64,000 bases of DNA from Syntrophorhabdaceae bacterium (GTDB lineage Bacteria > Desulfobacterota > Syntrophorhabdia > Syntrophorhabdales > Syntrophorhabdaceae): the NCBI GenBank assembly GCA_963665295.1, contig OY762209.1, positions 4,768,001 through 4,832,000 on the forward strand, given 5' to 3'. The notes under the pieces were generated by a model. The model ran no database searches and had not been told where the DNA came from. It saw only the letters and a list, made by a program, of their open reading frames with translations. A program made the translations under genes and the position numbers. Of the stretch, positions 54,433-61,737 are shown piece after piece. Every line of letters begins with the position of its first letter. Positions within the stretch are counted from its first letter, which is position 1.

Positions 54433-55815
54433 TCAACCCCTTTTGCCCATTCCGGCGAAGATTTCTTTCTCAAGGTCCTCGAAAAACATGGCACGGCCCA
54501 TCTCGCCCCTCAGCCGTCTTACCTCGCGGATACCCATGGCCCCAAGGGTCTCGAGGAGCTGACTGTGCCAGCCGGCCATGAGATTGCGGACGCGGGCCGA
54601 ACCCCATACGGGATTCACGCTCTCCAGATCCACCGGACAGGCGATGCCTTCCTTACAACGGCGGCACACCCTGCATTCCATGGCCACAAGGAGAGGTATG
54701 TCCACGGCGACAGCGTCTGCGCCGCATATGATCTGCTTTGTCACATGCTCCGCCATGGCAATCCCACCGCCCGCGATCAGGGTGATCTGGTCCCTCACGC
54801 CCTTTTCCACAAGATGGAGGTGTATCTCCTTCATCCGGTCTTTTATGAAGAGGGGCCGGGCGGCTTTCTCGCGGCCGAACTCGTCGGCCACAAGGTGTAT
54901 TACTTCAGCGCCGTCGATAGCAAGGCCGAGTATGGCTCCGGAAGCGTCGGGATTAAGTTCCATCCTTATCATCACCACGATGCCCGGGTTCTTTTCCTTG
55001 ATCTTCTTCTGCAGCGCCATGACATCCTTGCCGTGGGGCACTTCTATCATGCGCAGTCGGCCCACCACGGCCGGATCAAGATCGTCCGGTTTTCCGTCAA
55101 CGTAAAGCACCATATTGGAAAGGTACTTCTCCATGTCGGGCCGGTAGTCGCTTTGACGGACGATGCAAAAGGTACCGAGTGATCCGGCTCCTTCGAGGAG
55201 CGCCGTCGTTATCCGTTCCCTCGGGGGCGACCATGGCAGAATATCGAAAATAATGGGCAAGGGTATCTCTACAAGAGGCGGCGGGGTTGTCATTAGCGCT
55301 CCCGACGAGTCGAATTCGAGGGCCATCACCTTTCGGCCTACATCCACCGTGGTGCTTATATACTCGCGGCCATGAATACCATCTCTGGTAGGCCGCACGA
55401 TTTCCGACATATCCGTCCACATGGCATCGAATCCGGGGCCTGAAAACGGTCCACCGTAACCGCCGCCTGAAACGGGAATACGTCCCGCTTCCGCCTGGAA
55501 CCAGAGCCCGGCAATGATCTCCGGCGTCCAGTAATGGTCGCCAAGGACTTTATAGGAAGGGTTAACACCCTTTTGGATCAATCTGTTGGGACAGTTCTGC
55601 ACACAACGGAAGCAGTCTTTGCAGACGCTGTCAAGGGATTCGAGCATCTGGCGTGAATCGATGCCGCGTTTCTCGTATACCTTGTAAACACAGTCCTTCT
55701 TCACGCAACGCGCACACTTGAGGCACCCTTCCTCCCACGCGATGACACCCGACCGGGTGATCGACTGGAATCTGTTCGGCGCCTGATTGGTCTGAATATG
55801 GTATTTAAGAGGCAT
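54433..55815 (-). CDS. Degenerate glutamate synthase FMN-barrel paralog with N-terminal ferredoxin domain
   Basis: CLKCARC...CKDCFRCVQNCP; FSGPGFD.MW.DMSEIVRP; IAGGGI...GADAV...CRVCRRC...CP. Lacks the MSFG, GEGG and QGAKPG motifs. Confidence 0.8.
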   Translation of the reverse strand: MPLKYHIQTNQAPNRFQSITRSGVIAWEEGCLKCARCVKKDCVYKVYEKRGIDSRQMLESLDSVCKDCFRCVQNCPNRLIQKGVNPSYKVLGDHYWTPEIIAGLWFQAEAGRIPVSGGGYGGPFSGPGFDAMWTDMSEIVRPTRDGIHGREYISTTVDVGRKVMALEFDSSGALMTTPPPLVEIPLPIIFDILPWSPPRERITTALLEGAGSLGTFCIVRQSDYRPDMEKYLSNMVLYVDGKPDDLDPAVVGRLRMIEVPHGKDVMALQKKIKEKNPGIVVMIRMELNPDASGAILGLAIDGAEVIHLVADEFGREKAARPLFIKDRMKEIHLHLVEKGVRDQITLIAGGGIAMAEHVTKQIICGADAVAVDIPLLVAMECRVCRRCKEGIACPVDLESVNPVWGSARVRNLMAGWHSQLLETLGAMGIREVRRLRGEMGRAMFFEDLEKEIFAGMGKRG

Positions 55816-55827
55816 ATCGTTACTCCT

Positions 55828-56751
55828 CTAGGCCAGGGGTCGCGGAGAAAGTCCTGACCTTTCCACGAGTTCCGGGACCACATCTTCCCATTCTATTGCC
55901 ATAATATGGACCCCGCTCACACCGTCCATTTCTTTCAAAGCCTGGATCGTCTCCACGGCGATTTTCACGCCTTCCTGACGCTGGTCTTTTGCGGGCACCG
56001 ATTTCATCCTCTCTATCACCGACTCGGGGACATCCATGCCTGCCACCTGTTTGGCCATGTACTCCGCCATTCTCGCGGATTTGAGGGGCGTAATGCCGCC
56101 GAGGATGTACACTTGTTTGTCGAGTCCAAAATCCTTTACAAGCCCCATCCACTCCTTGAACCGGGGCACGTTATAGATGCACTGGGTCTGAATGAATTCC
56201 GCCCCTGCGTCAACCTTCTTCGCGAGCCTTGTTACGCGGTATTTGAAGGGGTCGGCAAAGGGATTCGCCACGGCACCGATAAATAGTCTCGGAGGTTCCG
56301 TCAGTTTCTCTCCGCCGATCACCTGACCGAGGTCTCTCATCTGACGGACCGTCTGGATTAACTGGATCGAGTCAATGTCAAAAACACCCTTCGCCTGTGG
56401 CTGGTTACCGAAGGATTGGTGGTCGCCGGAAAGGCAGAGGATATTCCGGATGCCCAGGGCGGAAGCCCCGAGGATGTCCGACTGCAGCGCAATACGGTTA
56501 CGGTCACGGGTCACCATCTGGAGTACGGGATCGAGCCCTTCTCCCTTGAGGAGTGCGCACGCGGCAAGACTGCACAGGCGGACCACGCCCGTCTGGTTGT
56601 CCGTGACGTTTACACTGTCCACGTGCCCTTTGATGATCTTTCCTTTGTTCTTTATCGCATCGGGATCAGCCCCTTTTGGCGGCCCGCACTCGGCGGTAAC
56701 GGCAAAGTGGCCTCCGGTAAGAACCTTTTTAAGCTGGCTTTCAGTTTTCAC
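55828..56751 (-). CDS. metF: Methylenetetrahydrofolate reductase MetF
   Basis: TAECGPP, VTDNQ, RDRNRIALQSDILGA, LSGD and KKVDAGAEFIQTQ motifs. Confidence 0.92.
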   Translation of the reverse strand: MKTESQLKKVLTGGHFAVTAECGPPKGADPDAIKNKGKIIKGHVDSVNVTDNQTGVVRLCSLAACALLKGEGLDPVLQMVTRDRNRIALQSDILGASALGIRNILCLSGDHQSFGNQPQAKGVFDIDSIQLIQTVRQMRDLGQVIGGEKLTEPPRLFIGAVANPFADPFKYRVTRLAKKVDAGAEFIQTQCIYNVPRFKEWMGLVKDFGLDKQVYILGGITPLKSARMAEYMAKQVAGMDVPESVIERMKSVPAKDQRQEGVKIAVETIQALKEMDGVSGVHIMAIEWEDVVPELVERSGLSPRPLA

Positions 56752-57416
56752 GTTTTCTGATCCTCCCTATGGATTTTCCTTGGTCCCTTTCCCTGTTGCT
56801 TCGACCAATCCGCAGGGGGATGTACCTTTTTGAGAAGGTCAAGCCGACCCATCTCATCAAGTCTGGCAATTATGATCTGCCATGCGCATTCCGTGTCCGG
56901 ATCAACCTCGCAACGATCGGTTCTGGAGCCTCCGCACGGACCATTGAAAAGCCCTTTTGCGCAACGGGTAACGGGACAGACAGCGGCAAAAAATCCGAGC
57001 TTGCAGTCACCACATGCCCGGCAACTCTCCACCCAGACGCCTGCTTCCTTTGTCTCTCCGATGAAGGTCGTATTCAGGGCGGGAACGATATGGACCTTCG
57101 GGAAGACCTCGGCAACGGCCTGCACGCCGGCGCCGCACCCCAGGGACAGAACCACATCATACCGGTCGATCACTTCCGTCAGTTGGTCGATGAACTCATA
57201 GACACACTGACGGTCCAGGGTCATTTCCTCGACCTCTATCTCCTTGCCGGACGCCTTGGCGTCCATGCGGAGTTGTGAGGCGAGAAGCCCTGTCTCTTTC
57301 TCCCCTCCCGACGCGCATTCCGCCACGCAGGTACCGCATCCGACCACGAGGATCTTCCTGTACGGCTCTATCATTTCTTTGATTTCCGATAAAGGCTTTC
57401 TTTCCGCTGTTATCAT
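56748..57416 (-). CDS. metV: MetV (Fe-S/Zn small subunit of MetFV; MTHFR C-terminal-domain family)
   Basis: GCGTC, RQC, GCGAG, CRACGDC, CPVTRCAKG..NGPCGG and CEV....CAW motifs. 4-bp overlap with metF. Confidence 0.88.
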   Translation of the reverse strand: MITAERKPLSEIKEMIEPYRKILVVGCGTCVAECASGGEKETGLLASQLRMDAKASGKEIEVEEMTLDRQCVYEFIDQLTEVIDRYDVVLSLGCGAGVQAVAEVFPKVHIVPALNTTFIGETKEAGVWVESCRACGDCKLGFFAAVCPVTRCAKGLFNGPCGGSRTDRCEVDPDTECAWQIIIARLDEMGRLDLLKKVHPPADWSKQQGKGPRKIHREDQKT

Positions 57417-57456
57417 GCTCTTACTCCTTCGTGATTAACCACTATTATCTCCGGAT

Positions 57457-57876
57457 CTATTTCTCTCTCACCGGTGAGAAGCCCACAGAGGCTTCCCTGG
57501 CAAGCAGCTCCCGCGCCAGTTTATCAACCGTAACGGACTCGCCCGGTGCCAGGGCGATCACTTCCAGGCGCTGCCCCTCGAGGCCGATCTCTTCTATCAA
57601 CCCCCGGGTATATGCAACGCGCTTCCTGGCCCGTGTATTGCCTTCACGATAGCGGCACGCCCCTTCAGGGCACGTGACCAGGTACACCATGTCCGCCCCT
57701 GCTTCAAAGGCGCGCATAAGGTGGAGGGAATCGATCCGGCCGCTGCACGGCAGCGGGAAAAACCTTATCCGGTCACCCAATTCCTTTTCCAGGGCCCGTC
57801 TGTTTGCATCCTGCGCAGGATCTAGTTGCTCGCAGAAGAATATGGAAACGTTTAATCCAGCGGTTTTCTGGTCCAT
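57457..57876 (-). CDS. mvhD: MvhD-like [2Fe-2S] protein (hydrogenase iron-sulfur subunit delta family)
   Basis: FFC...LPCSGRID...AFEAGAD.V.LVTCPEGACRY.EGN..A..RV...IGLE..RL. AAGGGA RBS before the ATG at 57876. Confidence 0.85.
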   Translation of the reverse strand: MDQKTAGLNVSIFFCEQLDPAQDANRRALEKELGDRIRFFPLPCSGRIDSLHLMRAFEAGADMVYLVTCPEGACRYREGNTRARKRVAYTRGLIEEIGLEGQRLEVIALAPGESVTVDKLARELLAREASVGFSPVREK

Positions 57877-57905
57877 AAAGCTGTCCCTTCTTATCCTTGT
57901 GACAT

Positions 57906-57937
57906 AAATAAAAAAAACGCCCTCATCGGACGCCTTT
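57906..57937 (-). terminator. Leader intrinsic terminator (attenuator) of the mvhD-metVF-glt operon
   Basis: Minus strand AAAGGCGTCC-GATGA-GGGCG-TTTTTTTT, lying between the promoter and the first ATG. Confidence 0.7.
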
Positions 57938-57968
57938 GTCTCGCCTTCAATGACACCCCGTTGTGTCA
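57929..57968 (-). promoter_or_regulatory. ANTAR-type tandem stem-loop RNA element
   Basis: P1 TGACAC-AACGGG-GTGTCA and P2 GAC-AAAGGC-GTC. Both have 6-nt loops with A1/G4, closed by C-G, joined by a 10-nt linker. P2 overlaps the 5' arm of the terminator. Confidence 0.75.
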
Positions 57969-57980
57969 AATTAGCAAATA

Positions 57981-58009
57981 AGATTACCAGATTAGAAAAT
58001 ACTTGTCAA
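57981..58009 (-). promoter_or_regulatory. Sigma70 promoter for the mvhD-metVF-glt operon
   Basis: TTGACA (58009-58004), 17-bp spacer ending in TGn (extended -10), TAATCT (57986-57981). Confidence 0.65.
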
Positions 58010-58050
58010 CAAAATGGTCAAAATGGGTAACTCCCTTCCCCCGGTACCTG

Positions 58051-58860
58051 TCACGAACCTTTCGCCGGCCCCCGGGCAGGTTCCTTCGGGTTCCGCCGCG
58101 CCATCGATTTCTTTTCCTTCCCCCTCCCGTCTTCCATAAAGAGATTCATAAGCCTTCTGAAATGCATGGAGGACTCTATGAACGTTCTAAAGTTAATCAA
58201 GAAACGGCCGGTTTGGTCCTCGAACCTTTCCTTCAACGCCGCGCTGTCGCAGATAATCTTTTCCGTGTCGACTTTCCCTCGTTCCGCCTTCATCCATTCT
58301 TCTATCATCAAATGGGTAACCTCCGGGTGAAATTGCAAACCGTAGGCGCTTCTTCCCATCCTGAATGCCTGATTCCTGCACGTCTTCCCGCGGGCCAGGA
58401 GCAAACCGCCTTCAGGAATGCCGAAGGTGTCCTCGTGCCATTCAAAGACCGTGAACTGCCGCGAAAAGTCCTTGAAGAGCGGGTCCTTCGCACCTTCGTC
58501 CGTCACATGCACAGGGTAGAACCCCACTTCCCTGCGAGCGGCTTTTACAACCTTCGCTCCACAAGTCTTTGCGAGAAGTTGCGCTCCCAGACATATGCCC
58601 AGCATGGGCAATTCGTCTATCAGCGTCCTCCGTATCAAATGCTCCTCTTCTTCAAGAAAAGGGTACCCGGCGATCTGGTACACATTCATGGGACCTCCGA
58701 GAACGATTACCGCGGCGAAGCTGTCGATGGACTCAGGCAGTCTCCCGCCGCTGCCGAGTTCGACGATTTCCAGGTCCCATCCGTCGTTTCCGAAGAATGT
58801 CCCGATGAGCCCCGCACCCTCCTGTTCCACATGTTTTATTATAAGAATCCTTCTGTCCAT
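58051..58860 (-). CDS. Class I glutamine amidotransferase (GMP-synthase-like, stand-alone)
   Basis: LGGPMNVY, LGICLGAQ (nucleophile Cys), WHEDTF and LQFHPE (His-Glu) motifs. Confidence 0.88.
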   Translation of the reverse strand: MDRRILIIKHVEQEGAGLIGTFFGNDGWDLEIVELGSGGRLPESIDSFAAVIVLGGPMNVYQIAGYPFLEEEEHLIRRTLIDELPMLGICLGAQLLAKTCGAKVVKAARREVGFYPVHVTDEGAKDPLFKDFSRQFTVFEWHEDTFGIPEGGLLLARGKTCRNQAFRMGRSAYGLQFHPEVTHLMIEEWMKAERGKVDTEKIICDSAALKERFEDQTGRFLINFRTFIESSMHFRRLMNLFMEDGRGKEKKSMARRNPKEPARGPAKGS

Positions 58861-59183
58861 TCGGAACCTCTGTTCACGCACGCACGTGCCGCCTTGAACG
58901 GCATCGTTCGGTATTCGCCCCTGTCTCTCTGAAACAGGCGACGATTGCCGTTCCGCGCTAATGCGAAAATATCGCTTCATATTATACAAGTACCTGTTCT
59001 GTGCGGATTGTTAACCGTCGGGAATATGAGTGTCCGGCGGGTACCCTTGACTGAGGGTACAAGGACGCATTATGGTTGGTTTAGGGCCGAACGTTACCGG
59101 TCTCGGGAAAGGACCGGGGCTATCCACCTGAATTTGCGCCATGCGCCCGATGGGCCGGCGGCACATGAAAGAGAGGAGAAACG

Positions 59184-60548
59184 ATGACGGTAAAAATATG
59201 TCTTAAAATGTTGGTATGGTTCCTTGTTCTGCTCATGGCGGCTCCTCCCGCTGTCTTTGCCCAGGCCGGGCCTGTCCCCTCCGCCGAACAAACGCCTGCG
59301 GCTCCGCCGCCGCCTCTTTTCGGTCAGGAAGAATTGGACCAGATGCTCGCCCCCATCGCGCTCTATCCGGACACGCTGCTCGTCCAGGTACTCATCGCCG
59401 CTACCTATCCGCTGGAGATCATCGAAGCGGACCGCTGGCTGAAAGGCCGCGGTAACCTGCAGGGTGACCAGCTCGCTGCCGCAGTGGACCAGCAGAACTG
59501 GGACCCGAGCGTAAAATCCCTTGTAAACTTCCCTTCCGTCCTCGCCATGATGGATGACAAACTCGAGTGGACGCAGAGGCTGGGCGACGCCTTTCTGAGT
59601 CAGAAAGACCAGGTCATGGACACGGTGCAAAAACTCCGGGCAGCGGCCCATGCCAGAGGAAATCTGAAAAGCACCCCTCAGGAAAGGGTCATCACCGAGG
59701 GGCCGAGCATAGTGATCGAGCCGGTCGATCCGACCGTAGTCTATGTGCCCACATATGACCCCATGGTGGTATATGGGCCGTGGTGGTACCCCGCCTACCC
59801 TCCCTATGCGGTCTATCCGGTGGGTGCCGTCATCGTGGGCGGCCTGATATCCTTTGGACTGGCCGTTTCCCTCGGACCCTGCTGGGGCTGGGCGTGGGGA
59901 GGTTTCGGATGGGGCCGCCACGACGTAAACATCAACGTGTATCAAAATGTGAACTTCAACCGCAATATAAACAGGAACTTTTACAGTAACCGCTACGGAG
60001 GCGGGGGCCATGGCGTGTGGCGCCACGAACCCGAACACAGGCGGGGTGTCGCGTACCGGGACAATTCCCTGGCTCAGCGATACGGCCAGGGGCCGAGAGG
60101 CAGCGCCGCGCAAAGGGGCACCTTCAGGGGACGCACCCAGGGGCCGGGGCAGCCGGGAGCCCTGGGCGGGGGCAGCCGACAGAGATTACAGACACAAAGT
60201 GAGCGCGGCCGTCAGAGCCGAAGCTCCATGACGGCCCCCCGTGAAGGCACGGCATCCCGGAGTATGAGCAGACCGTACGGTGGCGGAAGCACCGGCATGG
60301 GCCGTCCTTCGGGAAGCCCGGGCGTCAGTCGTCCCTATGGCGGGGGGAGTATGGGTCGCGAAGGCGGCATCAGCAGACCGTCAGGCGGAGGAAGCATGGG
60401 TCGTCCGTCCGGTGGCGGAGGTATGAGCCGTCCTTCGGGTGGCGGAGGAGGTTCCGGCGGCGGAGGTCACGGCGGGGGCGGTGGAGGTGGAGGTCACGGC
60501 GGGGGCGGTGGAGGCGGAGGTCATGGCGGAGGCCATGGCGGGCGCTGA
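59184..60548 (+). CDS. DUF3300-domain exported protein with Gly/Arg/Ser-rich low-complexity tail
   Basis: Signal peptide; LDQMLAPIALYPD.LL.QVL.AATYP, WDPSVKSL and YVPTYDPMVVYG motifs. GAGGAG RBS. Confidence 0.88.
   Translation: MTVKICLKMLVWFLVLLMAAPPAVFAQAGPVPSAEQTPAAPPPPLFGQEELDQMLAPIALYPDTLLVQVLIAATYPLEIIEADRWLKGRGNLQGDQLAAAVDQQNWDPSVKSLVNFPSVLAMMDDKLEWTQRLGDAFLSQKDQVMDTVQKLRAAAHARGNLKSTPQERVITEGPSIVIEPVDPTVVYVPTYDPMVVYGPWWYPAYPPYAVYPVGAVIVGGLISFGLAVSLGPCWGWAWGGFGWGRHDVNINVYQNVNFNRNINRNFYSNRYGGGGHGVWRHEPEHRRGVAYRDNSLAQRYGQGPRGSAAQRGTFRGRTQGPGQPGALGGGSRQRLQTQSERGRQSRSSMTAPREGTASRSMSRPYGGGSTGMGRPSGSPGVSRPYGGGSMGREGGISRPSGGGSMGRPSGGGGMSRPSGGGGGSGGGGHGGGGGGGGHGGGGGGGGHGGGHGGR
60462..60527 (+). 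repeat. 27-bp tandem repeat (about 2.4 copies) encoding (GGHGGGGGG)n
   Basis: GGAGGTCACGGCGGGGGCGGTGGAGG(T/C) twice, plus a partial GGAGGTCATGGC. Confidence 0.85.
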
Positions 60549-60598
60549 TCGCCGTTGGTCCGGTATTATCTGCAAATAACCCTCGAGGAGGAATACAT

Positions 60599-61558
60599 AT
60601 GATCCGTACGATCAAATACAGGGAAGGGAGGCCGGTGTTCGACACGGGTGCTGTCATGGCTCTCGCCCTCGTAATGACCTTATTCCTTGCACTTTCGCCC
60701 TCTCACGCGAAAACAGCGGGGCAGAAACACTTCCCGTCTCCAAAAGACGCGGTGGAAGCCATGGCCGATGCTCTCAGGGTCAACGACAATAGAGCCCTCC
60801 GAGCTATTTTCGGTCCCGCCGGCCGGGATCTCATTTTCTCCGGAGACGAGGTGGCAGACAAGAGGCACCGCGAACATTTCCTTAAATTATACGATGAGAA
60901 GAACCGGTTGGAACGCGTAGGGGACAGAAAGGCGCTCCTCTTCGTGGGAAACGAGGAATGGCCCCTCCCCTTCCCTATTATCGGGAAGGGCAAATCCTGG
61001 TTCTTCAATGTGAAGGCGGGCCGGGAGGAAATCCTCGACAGGAGGATCGGAGCTAACGAGCTTGACGTCATCCAGGTGTGCCTGGCCTACGTGGATGCCC
61101 AAAGGGAGTATGCCCTCGGGAACCTCAAACAGACGGGACTCGCCGGGTACGCCCGGAAATTCATGAGCGAACCGGGTACGCAGGACGGCCTTTACTGGGA
61201 CGCGCCTGAAGGCGAGCAACCGAGCCCTCTCGGTGCCTTTGTCACCGCTGCCCGGGCGGAAGGTTATAAAGGCGCTCAGTCCGAAGGACATCCTTACCAC
61301 GGCTATTACTATAAAATCCTCACTGCCCAGGGAAAGAATGCCCCGGGAGGGGCGTACGATTACATCGTAGACGGCAGGATGCTCGGAGGTTTTGCTCTCG
61401 TGGCCTATCCCGCGCGCTACGGCAACTCCGGGATCATGACGTTCATGGTAAACCACGATGGGGTGGTATACCAGAAGAACCTGGGCAGGGAAACGGAAAA
61501 GACCGCAAGGGGCATAAAGCTATTCAACCCTGACGGGACATGGGAAAGGGCGGAATAA
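60599..61558 (+). CDS. DUF2950-domain exported protein
   Basis: WPLPFPI, RRIGANEL, DGLYW, PYHGYYYKIL, GGFALVAYPA.YG.SG.MTF.V motifs. Usual partner of DUF3300. Confidence 0.88.
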   Translation: MIRTIKYREGRPVFDTGAVMALALVMTLFLALSPSHAKTAGQKHFPSPKDAVEAMADALRVNDNRALRAIFGPAGRDLIFSGDEVADKRHREHFLKLYDEKNRLERVGDRKALLFVGNEEWPLPFPIIGKGKSWFFNVKAGREEILDRRIGANELDVIQVCLAYVDAQREYALGNLKQTGLAGYARKFMSEPGTQDGLYWDAPEGEQPSPLGAFVTAARAEGYKGAQSEGHPYHGYYYKILTAQGKNAPGGAYDYIVDGRMLGGFALVAYPARYGNSGIMTFMVNHDGVVYQKNLGRETEKTARGIKLFNPDGTWERAE

Positions 61559-61737
61559 GCACCTTCGCTCCCTGTAAATCAACTTCTTCAATGCCGCTCG
61601 GTGTGGCCGGCGATAAGGAACCTTGGACTATTCCAAAGGGCGGTGCTACAATATGTAAAAGAAGGTAACAGCGCCGTCGCAAGAGATGAGGGTCGCAAGG
61701 GAGGATAGTCGCACTATCCGCGGGGAGGGACGAAGGG

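Noticed and set aside
50177..55815. Assignment as N-methylglutamate synthase (MgsABC) of methylamine utilisation
   Set aside because: The domain types overlap, but no gmaS or mgdABCD genes are adjacent and the architecture differs. Not supportable without phylogeny, so it is kept only as an alternative.
57974..57989. Sigma54-like TGG...TTGC upstream of mvhD
   Set aside because: GG-to-GC spacing is 11 nt rather than the required 10; the sigma70 reading fits better.
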